In this document: one piece after another, positions 46,495 to 55,520 of the stretch
Position numbering within the stretch: the first letter of the stretch is position 1
How the letters are laid out: the number at the start of each line of letters is the position of its first letter
Origin: Patescibacteria group bacterium
GTDB lineage: Bacteria; Patescibacteriota; Microgenomatia; Curtissbacterales; GWA2-41-24
DNA length: 64,000 nucleotides
Assembly: GCA_038063735.1 (NCBI GenBank)
Contig: JBBTUN010000002.1
Span: 13,321-77,320 of the forward strand
Reading direction: 5' to 3'
The notes under the pieces: model-generated
Seen by the model: the letters and a program-made list of their open reading frames with translations, nothing else
Told to the model about the DNA's origin: nothing
Databases searched by the model: none
Made by a program: the position numbers and the translations under genes

Positions 46495-48057
46495 ATGGTT
46501 GAGCATAATGATTTACGGTTTGAAGTTGGACCGACTTCCCAGGAGAGTGATAAACAGGGGTCAAATAAAAAACAAGCGAATCGTGTAGTTTATGCAGGCT
46601 GCGCTGTGGTGATTGGAGGATTTGCTGGAATCTCGGGTTTGGCTGGATATGGTTCTTATCGTCTTGTGAAAGATAATGAACCTCGAGTTCAATATAGTTA
46701 TTCATATCAACCTTTGAATGAGAGACCAATTGATCGCTTGGAAGAGTATATAAAATTTCCCGTTGATAATCCTCCAAAACCGGAAATTGTAAAACAATAT
46801 TTAATTAATAATTACTATTTGGGCAGAATTGGTCTTGATACTTTTTCTGATTTTGAATTAAAAACAGAAAAAAGTGATGAAATTAAAAAGACAATTAGCG
46901 AAAAGCGAATCAAACTCGCATTTTTAGGTGCTGAGATTTTAGCCAAAGAGGTTCCTAATAAAAATATAGCATTTGATGAAAAAAATGGCATTATTACGTT
47001 TGAGGGTAGATATTTTGATGTTAAAAACCCTAGACACTTATTTATCTTAGATGAGTTAATTGAGCAGAATTTATATTTGTTAGATTCCGATAAAAGTCCA
47101 CAAGAAAAATATAAGGCGAGTTTATGGATAGAGGATTTGAACTGGCTTGCAGACTCTCAAGTTCCGGTACAATTTGAAGCAAATGATATTGGTTACCCTG
47201 CAGACGGCTCACTACGAGCGCTTGCAAGGTTTTACAGGACATTGGATGGTGTTGGTATTAAAAATCTTCCCAAAAAAATTATATATGTGCCTTATTTGAT
47301 GGATAAAGACACTGGTTATGCAGGTGGAATTTATAGAAGTGAAAATCAGGAAATAGATGTGTCAGAAAGTTCTGGGCCGGATACGATACCCCACGAAGAA
47401 GGGCATCATCAAGCATATAAAAATGCTGATTTTAACCAGGATAAATACAACCAGCTTGTAGCGGAGGCAAAGGCAAAAACCAAAAACGGTTATGACGAAA
47501 AAGACGTTTATATTACACCAGGGGTTATAGATGCCGGTAAAATGAGGAGTAATGTAGAGGTTGAGGATTATGCCGAAACAATGGGGGCATATTTTTGGGA
47601 TGGTGTGGCTTTTAGGCGCAGGATTCAGGAATTGAAATATGCAAAAAGTGATGCTGCAATCGTTCTTGAAGCAAAATATGATTTTGCAAAATTGTTTTTC
47701 AAAGGACTGGAGTTTACAAAAGAAGGCGAAGTTTTTAGTGTGCAGATAGGGGATGTTTTTGCAATTTCAGACTCTGATCCGGTAAAAGAACCGATTCCTT
47801 TGCGCCAGGAACCTATGCAAAATACTGTAAAAACTTATTATGTTTTAGATACAAATTCGGTAAAAATACTTGAAGGACCCATTACGACAATATTTAGAGA
47901 AGAAGAGGTAATAATGTGGAAGGTTGAGATTAGTAGTAAAGAGAAAGACGTTGGGTTTGTAGAAAAGCATGATGCTGGTCAAGGCTGGATTTCAGAGGGT
48001 TGGTTTGGGGAACAAGTTTGGGCAAACGTTGCGGAACTTTTTAAGAGTGAGAAGTAA
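46495..48057 (+). CDS. membrane-anchored hypothetical protein with HExxH zinc-metallopeptidase-like motif
   Basis: N-terminal TM helix VVYAGCAVVIGGFAGISGLAG; IPHEEGHHQAY contains HEEGH; otherwise unassigned. Confidence 0.45.
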   Translation: MVEHNDLRFEVGPTSQESDKQGSNKKQANRVVYAGCAVVIGGFAGISGLAGYGSYRLVKDNEPRVQYSYSYQPLNERPIDRLEEYIKFPVDNPPKPEIVKQYLINNYYLGRIGLDTFSDFELKTEKSDEIKKTISEKRIKLAFLGAEILAKEVPNKNIAFDEKNGIITFEGRYFDVKNPRHLFILDELIEQNLYLLDSDKSPQEKYKASLWIEDLNWLADSQVPVQFEANDIGYPADGSLRALARFYRTLDGVGIKNLPKKIIYVPYLMDKDTGYAGGIYRSENQEIDVSESSGPDTIPHEEGHHQAYKNADFNQDKYNQLVAEAKAKTKNGYDEKDVYITPGVIDAGKMRSNVEVEDYAETMGAYFWDGVAFRRRIQELKYAKSDAAIVLEAKYDFAKLFFKGLEFTKEGEVFSVQIGDVFAISDSDPVKEPIPLRQEPMQNTVKTYYVLDTNSVKILEGPITTIFREEEVIMWKVEISSKEKDVGFVEKHDAGQGWISEGWFGEQVWANVAELFKSEK

Positions 48058-48111
48058 TTTGAGCTTCTGAGCGTTGATTTTTGTTTTTATTTAACGCATA
48101 ATTAACGCATA

Positions 48112-49179
48112 ATGTACTCCCCGAAATATCGAGTTTCAAATTTAATTTTAAAATATATCGGTAAGATAGAAGCCTCAAAGGAAGTTATCGAAAACGCACC
48201 ACTAGTGCCTGCGTACGAAGCTAAATTTCGACAGGAAGCGATAATCAGGACTGTCCATCACGGAACACATATAGAAGGCAATCCATTGGATAGCGGTGAG
48301 GTGGCTGCAGTACTCGAGGGTGGTAATGTTCCGGCTCGTGATCGTGATGTCCAGGAAATTTTAAATTATCGGGAAGTACTAAAGTACATTGATAAAACTC
48401 AAAACTCGAAACTCAAAATTCCAAATTTTAGCGAGAAAGATATTCTTACAATTCACAAATTAACGGTCGATAAAGTTTTGTCTGCTGCGACCGCAGGTAC
48501 ATATCGTCTAAATCAGGTTGTTGTTAAAAATTCTAAAACTGGAGAGATTAGTTTTAAACCTCCCGAGGCGAACAAAGTTAAAAAACTGGTAGGGGATTTT
48601 TTGGATTGGTTAAACGGAAAAGAAGCCAGCGATGTGCATCCGGTTCTAAAGGCAGGAATTACCCATTATGTTTTGGCTTTTATACATCCGTTTGTGGACG
48701 GAAACGGAAGGGCGTCACGTGCTTTTGCGACTTTGGTTTTGTTTCGTGGGGGTTATGATATTAAAAAGTTCTTTTCGATAGAAGAATATTTTGATAGGGA
48801 CTCTAAAAGATATTACGAAACTTTGCAGAGTGTTTCAAACCAAAAGGTGAATAGTCTATCTGAGCGGGATTTAACAGGTTGGCTTGAATATTTTTGTGAG
48901 GGAGTGGCGGAAGAGCTGGAGAGAGTCAAACAAAGAGTGCAAAAATTGTCACTGGATACAAAATTGAAAGGGAGAACGGGGCAGATAGTGCTTAACGAGA
49001 GGCAGGTAAAGCTTGTTGAGTATATCGAGGCTAATGGGTCTATTAATAATAAACAGTGGAGGGTTATTTTGCGTGATTTTTCCGATGACACAATTTTGCG
49101 GGATTTGAAGGATTTGCAGAAGAAAAAACTGGTAAAAAAGAAGGGGTCTACAAAGGGGGCCGTTTACGTACTGAGATGA
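48112..49179 (+). CDS. Fic-family protein (AMPylation fold) with C-terminal winged-helix domain
   Basis: Fic motif HPFVDGNGRASR (HPF.[DE]GNGR) and a C-terminal basic wHTH-like tail. Confidence 0.75.
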   Translation: MYSPKYRVSNLILKYIGKIEASKEVIENAPLVPAYEAKFRQEAIIRTVHHGTHIEGNPLDSGEVAAVLEGGNVPARDRDVQEILNYREVLKYIDKTQNSKLKIPNFSEKDILTIHKLTVDKVLSAATAGTYRLNQVVVKNSKTGEISFKPPEANKVKKLVGDFLDWLNGKEASDVHPVLKAGITHYVLAFIHPFVDGNGRASRAFATLVLFRGGYDIKKFFSIEEYFDRDSKRYYETLQSVSNQKVNSLSERDLTGWLEYFCEGVAEELERVKQRVQKLSLDTKLKGRTGQIVLNERQVKLVEYIEANGSINNKQWRVILRDFSDDTILRDLKDLQKKKLVKKKGSTKGAVYVLR

Positions 49180-49580
49180 AGAGTGATAGTGAGAGAGAGT
49201 TAGAGAGTAAAAGTGTCAGAACTAAGGGTTATCATAAGTTGATTTTGTGGCAGAAGGCAAGGGAATTTTTAAAGTTGGTGTACAAGCATTCAGAAAAGTT
49301 TCCTAAAAGTGAAGAATATGGTCTAAAGAGTCAGCTAAGGAGAGCGACAGTTTCAGTACTTTTAAACATAGTAGAGGGATATCGGAGAAATTCTACAAAA
49401 GAATTTATCAGGTTTTTGAATATTTCTGGTGCCTCTTTAAGCGAGGTAGAAGCTTGTATTGAGATAGCCATCGACCTTGGGTATTTTACTCAAACGGAAT
49501 ATAAAATTCTTGAAGAAAGGAGAGTGGAAATAGAAGTTATTTTATTCTCTTTTGAGAAATCTCTAAGAAAAAAACTATAA
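49176..49580 (+). CDS. four-helix-bundle protein (23S rRNA intervening-sequence protein family)
   Basis: ...GYHKLILWQKAREF...YKHSEKFPKSEEYGLKSQLRRATVSVLLNIVEGY, same family as 6611-6979. Confidence 0.7.
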   Translation: MKSDSERELESKSVRTKGYHKLILWQKAREFLKLVYKHSEKFPKSEEYGLKSQLRRATVSVLLNIVEGYRRNSTKEFIRFLNISGASLSEVEACIEIAIDLGYFTQTEYKILEERRVEIEVILFSFEKSLRKKL

Positions 49581-49593
49581 CTCTATTACTCTT

Positions 49594-51507
49594 ATGCTCT
49601 TTGCAACTTTATCGAAATATTACGAAAAGTTGGAGTCAACGAGTAAACGTTTGGAGCTTGTTGATATTTTATCCAAACTTTTTGGAGAATCGGACAGTGC
49701 GGAAATTGGCAAGATTTGTTATTTGTTGCAGGGAAGAGTTGCGCCGTTTTATATGCCTGTTGAAATGGGAATGGCCGAATCTATGGTCGCGCAGGCAATT
49801 GCCAAGGCGTATGGCCCCACTTCGCCAAGGCTTCGAGGGGTAAACATTACAAAAGATGAAGTTATTAAGCTTTATCGTAAGTTGGGGAATATGGGGCTAG
49901 CGGCACAAGAGTTAAGCAATAAGCAAAAAGCAAAAAGTAATAAGTTGTCAGTAAGCGATGTATTTGAGGAGCTTTTAAAGATTGCAAATACTGGAGGAGA
50001 AGGGTCGGTAGAGCAAAAGATAACAACCCTGGCAAACATTTTGAAAGATTTGGATTCTGTTTCCGTTAAACATGTGGTAAATATTCCGTTGGGAACGTTG
50101 AGGTTGGGAATTGGTGACCCGACGGTTATGGACGCACTTTCCATTGCCAAAACGGGAGACAAAAAACTGCGGCCGGTAATCGAAGATGCTTATAACAAAA
50201 CCAGCGATCTTGGATACGTTGCCGAAGAATTTTTTAAGTATGGAGAAAAGGGTTTGGCGACTATTAAATTAATCGTTGGAAAACCGGTTAGGCCGGCTTT
50301 GGCCGAGCGGATGCCAAATGCAGACGAAGTTGTTAAGCGAATGGGCGACAAATTTGCGGCAGAACCCAAGTTTGACGGATTTAGGGTGCAAATTCATTTG
50401 GACCGGCGCGGTATTGCGGGTCCTGTCACGATTTTCCCTCCCGCCAGTGCTCGATCAGGAAAGAAAACAGATCGTGATCAGTCGGAAAATGTTGATCTGC
50501 GCGCTGTCGGTAGCCCTTCCAATCGTGCCACCCGCGAAGTCGAGATTTTTTCCCGAAACCTGGAAGATATGACACATTCTTTTCCGGATTTAGCGCAAGG
50601 GGTTTTAAAAGAAGTCAAGGCAAAATCTGTGATTATGGAGGGGGAGGCAATTGCTTATAACCCGCAGACGGAGGAATTTTTACCGTTTCAGGAAACAACA
50701 AAGAGAAGGCGCAAATATAAGATCGAAGAAACTGCAAAAGCACTGCCACTTGTCTGTTTTGCCTTTGATATTTTGTATTTGGACGGGCAGGATATAACGG
50801 GAAAGCCGGAGGTTGAGCGCAGAAAACTGTTGGAAAAAATTGTTTCGAAAGACCTGCCTGCCGGCAGGCAGGGTAACCAAACGATTAGAATTGCCGAACA
50901 AAGGGTAATTTCTACTGCCAAAGAAATCCAGGAATTTTTTAATGAGGCAATTTCGGATGGGCTCGAAGGTTTGATGATTAAAAAACTGGATGCGCCATAT
51001 AAAGCAGGCGGGCGGGGTTTCCATTGGATTAAGTTTAAGCGGGCTTCCAGCGGAGATTTGGCAGATACGGTGGATTGTGTTTTGTTGGGGATTTATAGTG
51101 GCAAAGGCAAAAGGACGGAATTTGGGGATGGTGGGCTTTTGGTTGGGATTTATAACGATAAAGATGATGTTTTTGAGACGATTTCGCGGGTTGGGACGGG
51201 TTTGACGGATGAAGAGTTTAGAAAAGTCCATGAAATTGGCAAAAAGTTAAGGCTTGGTCATAAACCGGCAAGAGTAAGGTCTAAAATTGAACCGAGTTAT
51301 TGGGTAGAGCCGAAAGAAGTTTTGGAAATTTACGCCGACGAAATTACCAAATCTCCGATTCATACGGCTGGAGAAGAAGATGGAATTGGGTATGCGTTAA
51401 GATTTCCGAGATTAGTTAAATTTAGAGAGGCAGACAAAAGGGCTGAAGATGCAACTACGGTTGAGGAGATTAAAAAATTGTATAAAAATCAGTATGGCAA
51501 GAAGTAG
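49594..51507 (+). CDS. ATP-dependent DNA ligase, with in-frame repeat insertion
   Basis: Adenylation motif I AEPKFDGFRVQIH (K.DG.R), ...EGLMIKK.... and ...GIY..KG; about 40 extra residues at 50440-50560 encoded by the family-A element. Confidence 0.8.
   Translation: MLFATLSKYYEKLESTSKRLELVDILSKLFGESDSAEIGKICYLLQGRVAPFYMPVEMGMAESMVAQAIAKAYGPTSPRLRGVNITKDEVIKLYRKLGNMGLAAQELSNKQKAKSNKLSVSDVFEELLKIANTGGEGSVEQKITTLANILKDLDSVSVKHVVNIPLGTLRLGIGDPTVMDALSIAKTGDKKLRPVIEDAYNKTSDLGYVAEEFFKYGEKGLATIKLIVGKPVRPALAERMPNADEVVKRMGDKFAAEPKFDGFRVQIHLDRRGIAGPVTIFPPASARSGKKTDRDQSENVDLRAVGSPSNRATREVEIFSRNLEDMTHSFPDLAQGVLKEVKAKSVIMEGEAIAYNPQTEEFLPFQETTKRRRKYKIEETAKALPLVCFAFDILYLDGQDITGKPEVERRKLLEKIVSKDLPAGRQGNQTIRIAEQRVISTAKEIQEFFNEAISDGLEGLMIKKLDAPYKAGGRGFHWIKFKRASSGDLADTVDCVLLGIYSGKGKRTEFGDGGLLVGIYNDKDDVFETISRVGTGLTDEEFRKVHEIGKKLRLGHKPARVRSKIEPSYWVEPKEVLEIYADEITKSPIHTAGEEDGIGYALRFPRLVKFREADKRAEDATTVEEIKKLYKNQYGKK
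49921..49944 (+). repeat. AAGCAAAA tandem units in-frame in the ligase gene (encodes NKQKAKSNK)
   Basis: aagcaaaaagcaaaaagtaataag. Confidence 0.5.
50494..50540 (+). repeat. family-A in-frame element (encodes DLRAVGSPSNRATRE) in the ligase gene
   Basis: gatctgcgcgctgtcggtagcccttccaatcgtgccacccgcgaagt. Confidence 0.7.
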
Positions 51508-51528
51508 GAATATGACTAAATTTTCGAA

Positions 51529-51867
51529 TTACTCTTTTTCTGTTTTTACCTGCATTGTATCTATTTCTTTTTGAATTTTTAACTTTGTCTCCGGATTTCT
51601 GGTAGTTTTTTGCCAGGTTTTCATAAATAGGTAGTGATGTGTGCCCTTTATTGTATCCATTAAGCCGTCTAATGCCAAAAATGTATAAGGAGTACAAAAT
51701 ATTGTTTCTAAACTGGCTCTTAATATGGTCGGGTCTGTGTCTTTGAATCTGTAAATTACAAGTGCGTCAAGTGAGGTACCGATTCCAGTATTAATTAACC
51801 CAACGATTCTTGCTTTATTTCTCCAACTTTTTAGCTTTTCATCGTATGATTTTTGTCGTTCTGACAT
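51529..51867 (-). CDS. hypothetical protein
   Basis: 112-aa ORF with a hydrophobic central segment. Confidence 0.35.
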   Translation of the reverse strand: MSERQKSYDEKLKSWRNKARIVGLINTGIGTSLDALVIYRFKDTDPTILRASLETIFCTPYTFLALDGLMDTIKGTHHYLFMKTWQKTTRNPETKLKIQKEIDTMQVKTEKE

Positions 51868-52034
51868 GTGCAGATTATATTCTTGGCTATAGTATTTTTC
51901 AATTTAGCCCCTCGATGCTTCGGGCAACAGGAAACCTTAAACTAGAAACTTCACTGCGTTTTAACTAAACTATAATTGTCATGCTGAACTTGTTTCAGCA
52001 TCTATAAACTTCCGAGGGATAAGAGCCCTCGGTA

Positions 52035-52063
52035 TTGTTCTTTAAGTTTACATGAGCGAGCAG
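52035..52063 (+). repeat. 29-nt element shared with 30717-30745, embedded in hairpins
   Basis: ttgttctttaagtttacatgagcgagcag; flanked by CTTCCGAG...CTCGGAAG and CCGAGGGataagagCCCTCGG stems. Confidence 0.7.
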
Positions 52064-52148
52064 AACACTTATCTTCTCGGAAGTATGTATTTTCTCGCAT
52101 TCATCCTTGGACTGATAGTCCATGGTGTTCTGCGAACAAATATAAATA

Positions 52149-52175
52149 AGATCCTGAATTAAATTCAGGATGACG
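52149..52175 (+). repeat. family-C first hairpin, intergenic copy
   Basis: gATCCTGAATtaaATTCAGGATgac. Confidence 0.5.
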
Positions 52176-52188
52176 TTGAAAGAAATGT

Positions 52189-53403
52189 ATGGACACTTCT
52201 AAAATTGCTAAGCAGATTCGGGTTAGTGAGAAAGATCTCCAATCAGTACTCAAATACATTGAAGACTACTGGCCTAAGTTGGTAAGAGAGCATAAAAAAG
52301 ATGTCCGCAGTTTGATTGGTTTGCCAAACCCCTACATTGTGCCTACAGACGGTGAAGCGTTTCAGGAACAGTATTATTGGGACAGTTATCCGATTGTGCG
52401 GGCTCTTATCGACCACCCAAAATATTCTAAGCTGGCGATTGGGATGGTAGACAATTTACTTTATTTAGTTAAACGGTTTGGGATTATTCCCAATGCTTCG
52501 CGCTATTTTTTTCTTTCACGGTCACAGCCGCCGGTTTTATCTATGATGGTTTTTTTGGTTTACGAAAAAACAAAAAATAAAAAGTGGTTTGCCAACGCGA
52601 TCAAGTTAGTTGAGGAAGAATATAGAGATGTTTGGATGGGTAGAGTGCATCTACGAAATTTTCGCAATGTTCACAGAGGACTTTCGCGCTATTATGACCT
52701 AAATGCTTTAAATGTTTTGGCGGAAGCGGAAAGTGGTTGGGATATGACTAGCCGTTTCATGGGGAAGTGTTTGGATATTTTGCCGGTTGATTTAAACTGC
52801 CTTCTTTATTTATATGAAGTTGATTTGGCCCGTGCATATGATATTTTGGGAAGTCCCGGGAAAAAGAAAAAATATCTGGATTTGGCTAAGAAAAGAGTTA
52901 GGTCAATTAATAATTTAATGTGGAGTGAACGAGGGGGATATTTTTTTGATTACGATTGGGTTGAGCGCAAAATTAGCCATTTGATTACGGTTGCCGGTGT
53001 TTTTCCGCTGTCGGTAGGATTAGCTTCTAAATCTCAGGCAGAGCGGGTTGTTAACGTAGTTGAAAAGACGCTACAGAAAAATTATGGTGTGGTGCAATCG
53101 GTACGTTTTTTTCAGAATATGCAGTGGGATTACCCCAATGGATGGGCGCCAATGCAGCTACGGGTTGTGGAGGGTCTTTTTAACTATGGCTTTGATCATT
53201 TGGCTGAGCGGATTATCAAAAAATGGCTTTTTCTGAACATTAAAGTCTTTGGCGAAACCGGATTTTTGTGGGAAAAATATGAAGTTGTCCATGGGCGGGT
53301 TGGGGTACCGGACAGGTACCCGACACAAGCCGGGTTTGGCTGGACAAATGCCGTGTTTTTGATTTTTTGTGAGATGCTTTCAAAATCTTCTAAAATTGCT
53401 TGA
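52189..53403 (+). CDS. trehalase (glycoside hydrolase family 37)
   Basis: Both trehalase signatures: ...F.EQYYWDSY and QWDYPNGWAPMQ. Confidence 0.8.
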   Translation: MDTSKIAKQIRVSEKDLQSVLKYIEDYWPKLVREHKKDVRSLIGLPNPYIVPTDGEAFQEQYYWDSYPIVRALIDHPKYSKLAIGMVDNLLYLVKRFGIIPNASRYFFLSRSQPPVLSMMVFLVYEKTKNKKWFANAIKLVEEEYRDVWMGRVHLRNFRNVHRGLSRYYDLNALNVLAEAESGWDMTSRFMGKCLDILPVDLNCLLYLYEVDLARAYDILGSPGKKKKYLDLAKKRVRSINNLMWSERGGYFFDYDWVERKISHLITVAGVFPLSVGLASKSQAERVVNVVEKTLQKNYGVVQSVRFFQNMQWDYPNGWAPMQLRVVEGLFNYGFDHLAERIIKKWLFLNIKVFGETGFLWEKYEVVHGRVGVPDRYPTQAGFGWTNAVFLIFCEMLSKSSKIA

Positions 53404-53426
53404 CATAACAGTTCTTATATTCAAAA

Positions 53427-54065
53427 ATGGTTGTGGCAATTATGGATAAAAAATCACAACTGTTGGATCTTAAAAAACGTATGCAGGATGATGTAAAGCT
53501 GCCGCTTAGACATGGAGCAACCCAGCTTGTTTTTGGTGAAGGTAATGCCAACACAGATGTGTATTTTTTGGGGGAAGCTCCGGGTTATTTTGAGGATAAA
53601 CAGGGCAGACCATTCGTGGGTTTGGCAGGGCAGCTTTTGGATAAATTAATAGAATCTATTGGACTCGTTCGGAAAGATGTTTATATTTCTAACGTTATCA
53701 GGTTTAGACCTCCCGGAAATCGAGATCCCGAGCCGGACGAACTTGGAGCGTTTGCTCCTTATGTTGATGAAGAAATAAAGATAATCGAGCCTAAAGTTAT
53801 TGTCACTCTAGGGCGTTTTTCGATGAATAAGTTCTTGCCGGACGCGAGAATTTCTGCTGTCCATGGCAAAAAATTTGTGGTTGAATTTAATGGAAAAAAA
53901 CAAATTGTTCTTCCTATGTATCATCCGGCAGCAGCTCTTAGAAATGGGGCTATTATGAATTTGTTAAAGGAGGATTTTCAAATTATAAAGCTTGCACTTG
54001 CCGGTGATATAGCAGAATCTGGCGCTCCAAAAAGCGGTAATAATTCGCAGTTAAGTTTAGTTTAG
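53427..54065 (+). CDS. uracil-DNA glycosylase, family 4
   Basis: GEGNANTDVYFLGEAPG (motif A of family 4 UDG) and ...HPAA.LRN. Confidence 0.8.
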   Translation: MVVAIMDKKSQLLDLKKRMQDDVKLPLRHGATQLVFGEGNANTDVYFLGEAPGYFEDKQGRPFVGLAGQLLDKLIESIGLVRKDVYISNVIRFRPPGNRDPEPDELGAFAPYVDEEIKIIEPKVIVTLGRFSMNKFLPDARISAVHGKKFVVEFNGKKQIVLPMYHPAAALRNGAIMNLLKEDFQIIKLALAGDIAESGAPKSGNNSQLSLV

Positions 54066-54098
54066 GGTGGGAAGAGGTAAAATAAATAATAAAACAAA

Positions 54099-54440
54099 AT
54101 GAGTAGTCGGGATTCCAGTAGAAACATGGTTGCTGCTATGTCTTATTTTTTGGGATTTGTGAGCGGAATAGTTATTTTGATGGTGGAGGCAGATGACAAA
54201 TTTATCCGTTTTCATGCGATGCAGTCGACGATGGCAACAGGCACACTTTTTATTTTAAATCTATTGCTTGGGGTTGTATTGAATCCACTGGGGATATTTA
54301 GTTTTATTTCTACTATTAGTGGGCTTATTATTTGGGCAGTAATCATTTACATCTGTGTGCGCTGCGCGACTAGTGCGTATCGCGGTAAAGTATATAAGTT
54401 ACCCATTTTTGGCAATATAGCCGAAAGGCGAGTAAGGTAA
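54099..54440 (+). CDS. hypothetical membrane protein
   Basis: 113 aa with three hydrophobic helices. Confidence 0.35.
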   Translation: MSSRDSSRNMVAAMSYFLGFVSGIVILMVEADDKFIRFHAMQSTMATGTLFILNLLLGVVLNPLGIFSFISTISGLIIWAVIIYICVRCATSAYRGKVYKLPIFGNIAERRVR

Positions 54441-54449
54441 TATTTTTAG

Positions 54450-55010
54450 ATGAAATTAATAGTTGGTTTAGGTAATCCTGGAGCGAAATATGGAAAAAAC
54501 AGGCATAATTTGGGATTTATGGTTGTGGATCTCTTTGTGAAGAATTTTGGGCTTTCGTGGAGGTATAGCCCGGATTGGATTGCTTTTTATGCAAAAGATA
54601 AGAATGTTTATTTAAAGCCGTCCACTTTTATGAATAAAAGTGGAGTGTCAATCGCAGCTCTTGCAAATTTTTATAACATAGACAGTAAAGATATTCTGAT
54701 AATTTATGATGAAGTAGATTTACCGCTTGGCAAAATAAGGCTGGCATTTAATGGGTTGTCTGCCGGCCACCATGGAATTGATTCTATCATTGAATGTTTG
54801 GGTGGGGTGGAGTTTGCAAGACTCAGGGTAGGAATTGGTAGGCCGGAAAAAAGTGAAAAAGGTTATACAAAAGAGGTTTCTGATTATGTGCTTGAGGATT
54901 TTAACAAAGAGGAAGAGAAACGATTGCCAGGGTTGATAAAAAATTGTGAAGAGGCAATAAACTCGTATATTTCGGACGGAATTGAGGCGACTATGAACAA
55001 ATTCAATTGA
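54450..55010 (+). CDS. pth: peptidyl-tRNA hydrolase
   Basis: MKLIVGLGNPGAKYGKNRHNLGFMVVD matches the Pth N-terminus with catalytic His. Confidence 0.85.
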   Translation: MKLIVGLGNPGAKYGKNRHNLGFMVVDLFVKNFGLSWRYSPDWIAFYAKDKNVYLKPSTFMNKSGVSIAALANFYNIDSKDILIIYDEVDLPLGKIRLAFNGLSAGHHGIDSIIECLGGVEFARLRVGIGRPEKSEKGYTKEVSDYVLEDFNKEEEKRLPGLIKNCEEAINSYISDGIEATMNKFN

Positions 55011-55013
55011 ATA

Positions 55014-55442
55014 GTGATAAGCAAGAAGCAACCCATTCGAGGGGCTCAGGGCAAGCAAGCAACAAGACATCAAAATAAAAACTTTAGGGAAGAGGTTTTT
55101 AAGCAAGTTAAGAAAATTCCCAAGGGAAAGGTGACAACGTATGGAGAAATCGCGACTAAACTGGGAAACCCAAGATTGTCTCGACAAGTTGGTTGGGCAT
55201 TACACCAAAATAAATCGGCTGATGTTCCGTGTCACAGGGTTGTTGATAGAAATGGCAGACTAGCCCCTAATTTTGGCGGCCCTTCGCTTGAAAGCTTCGG
55301 ACGCCGAGCATTTTCGTCCAGAGGACGACCAGCCTTTGGCTGGGATGGGGCAAGTGAGCAGAAAAGAAGACTAGCGGTTGAGGGAGTAAAGTTTGTTGAC
55401 GAGATGCATGTAAATCTGAATACCTCTTTGTGGCAAAAGTAG
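55014..55442 (+). CDS. methylated-DNA-protein-cysteine methyltransferase family protein (DNA-binding domain) with in-frame repeat insertion
   Basis: ...YGEIA...G.P...R.VG.A....N......PCHRVV matches the MGMT C-terminal domain; about 25 extra residues (PSLESFGRRAFSSRGRPAF...) encoded by the family-B element. Confidence 0.55.
   Translation: MISKKQPIRGAQGKQATRHQNKNFREEVFKQVKKIPKGKVTTYGEIATKLGNPRLSRQVGWALHQNKSADVPCHRVVDRNGRLAPNFGGPSLESFGRRAFSSRGRPAFGWDGASEQKRRLAVEGVKFVDEMHVNLNTSLWQK
55275..55350 (+). repeat. family-B in-frame element in the MGMT-like gene
   Basis: ggcggcccttcgcttgaaagcttcggacgccgagcattttcgtccagaggacgaccagcctttggctgggatgggg; shares GG.GGCCC.TCGCTT and aaagcttcgga with the sufC and sufS copies. 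Confidence 0.55.
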
Positions 55443-55520
55443 AAAGTGTTGAGGTAGAGTGGAAAAAGAATTTAGAAGACTTAGTGAGTTTGAGGTACCT
55501 GGATGATATAATTCTCCTCC

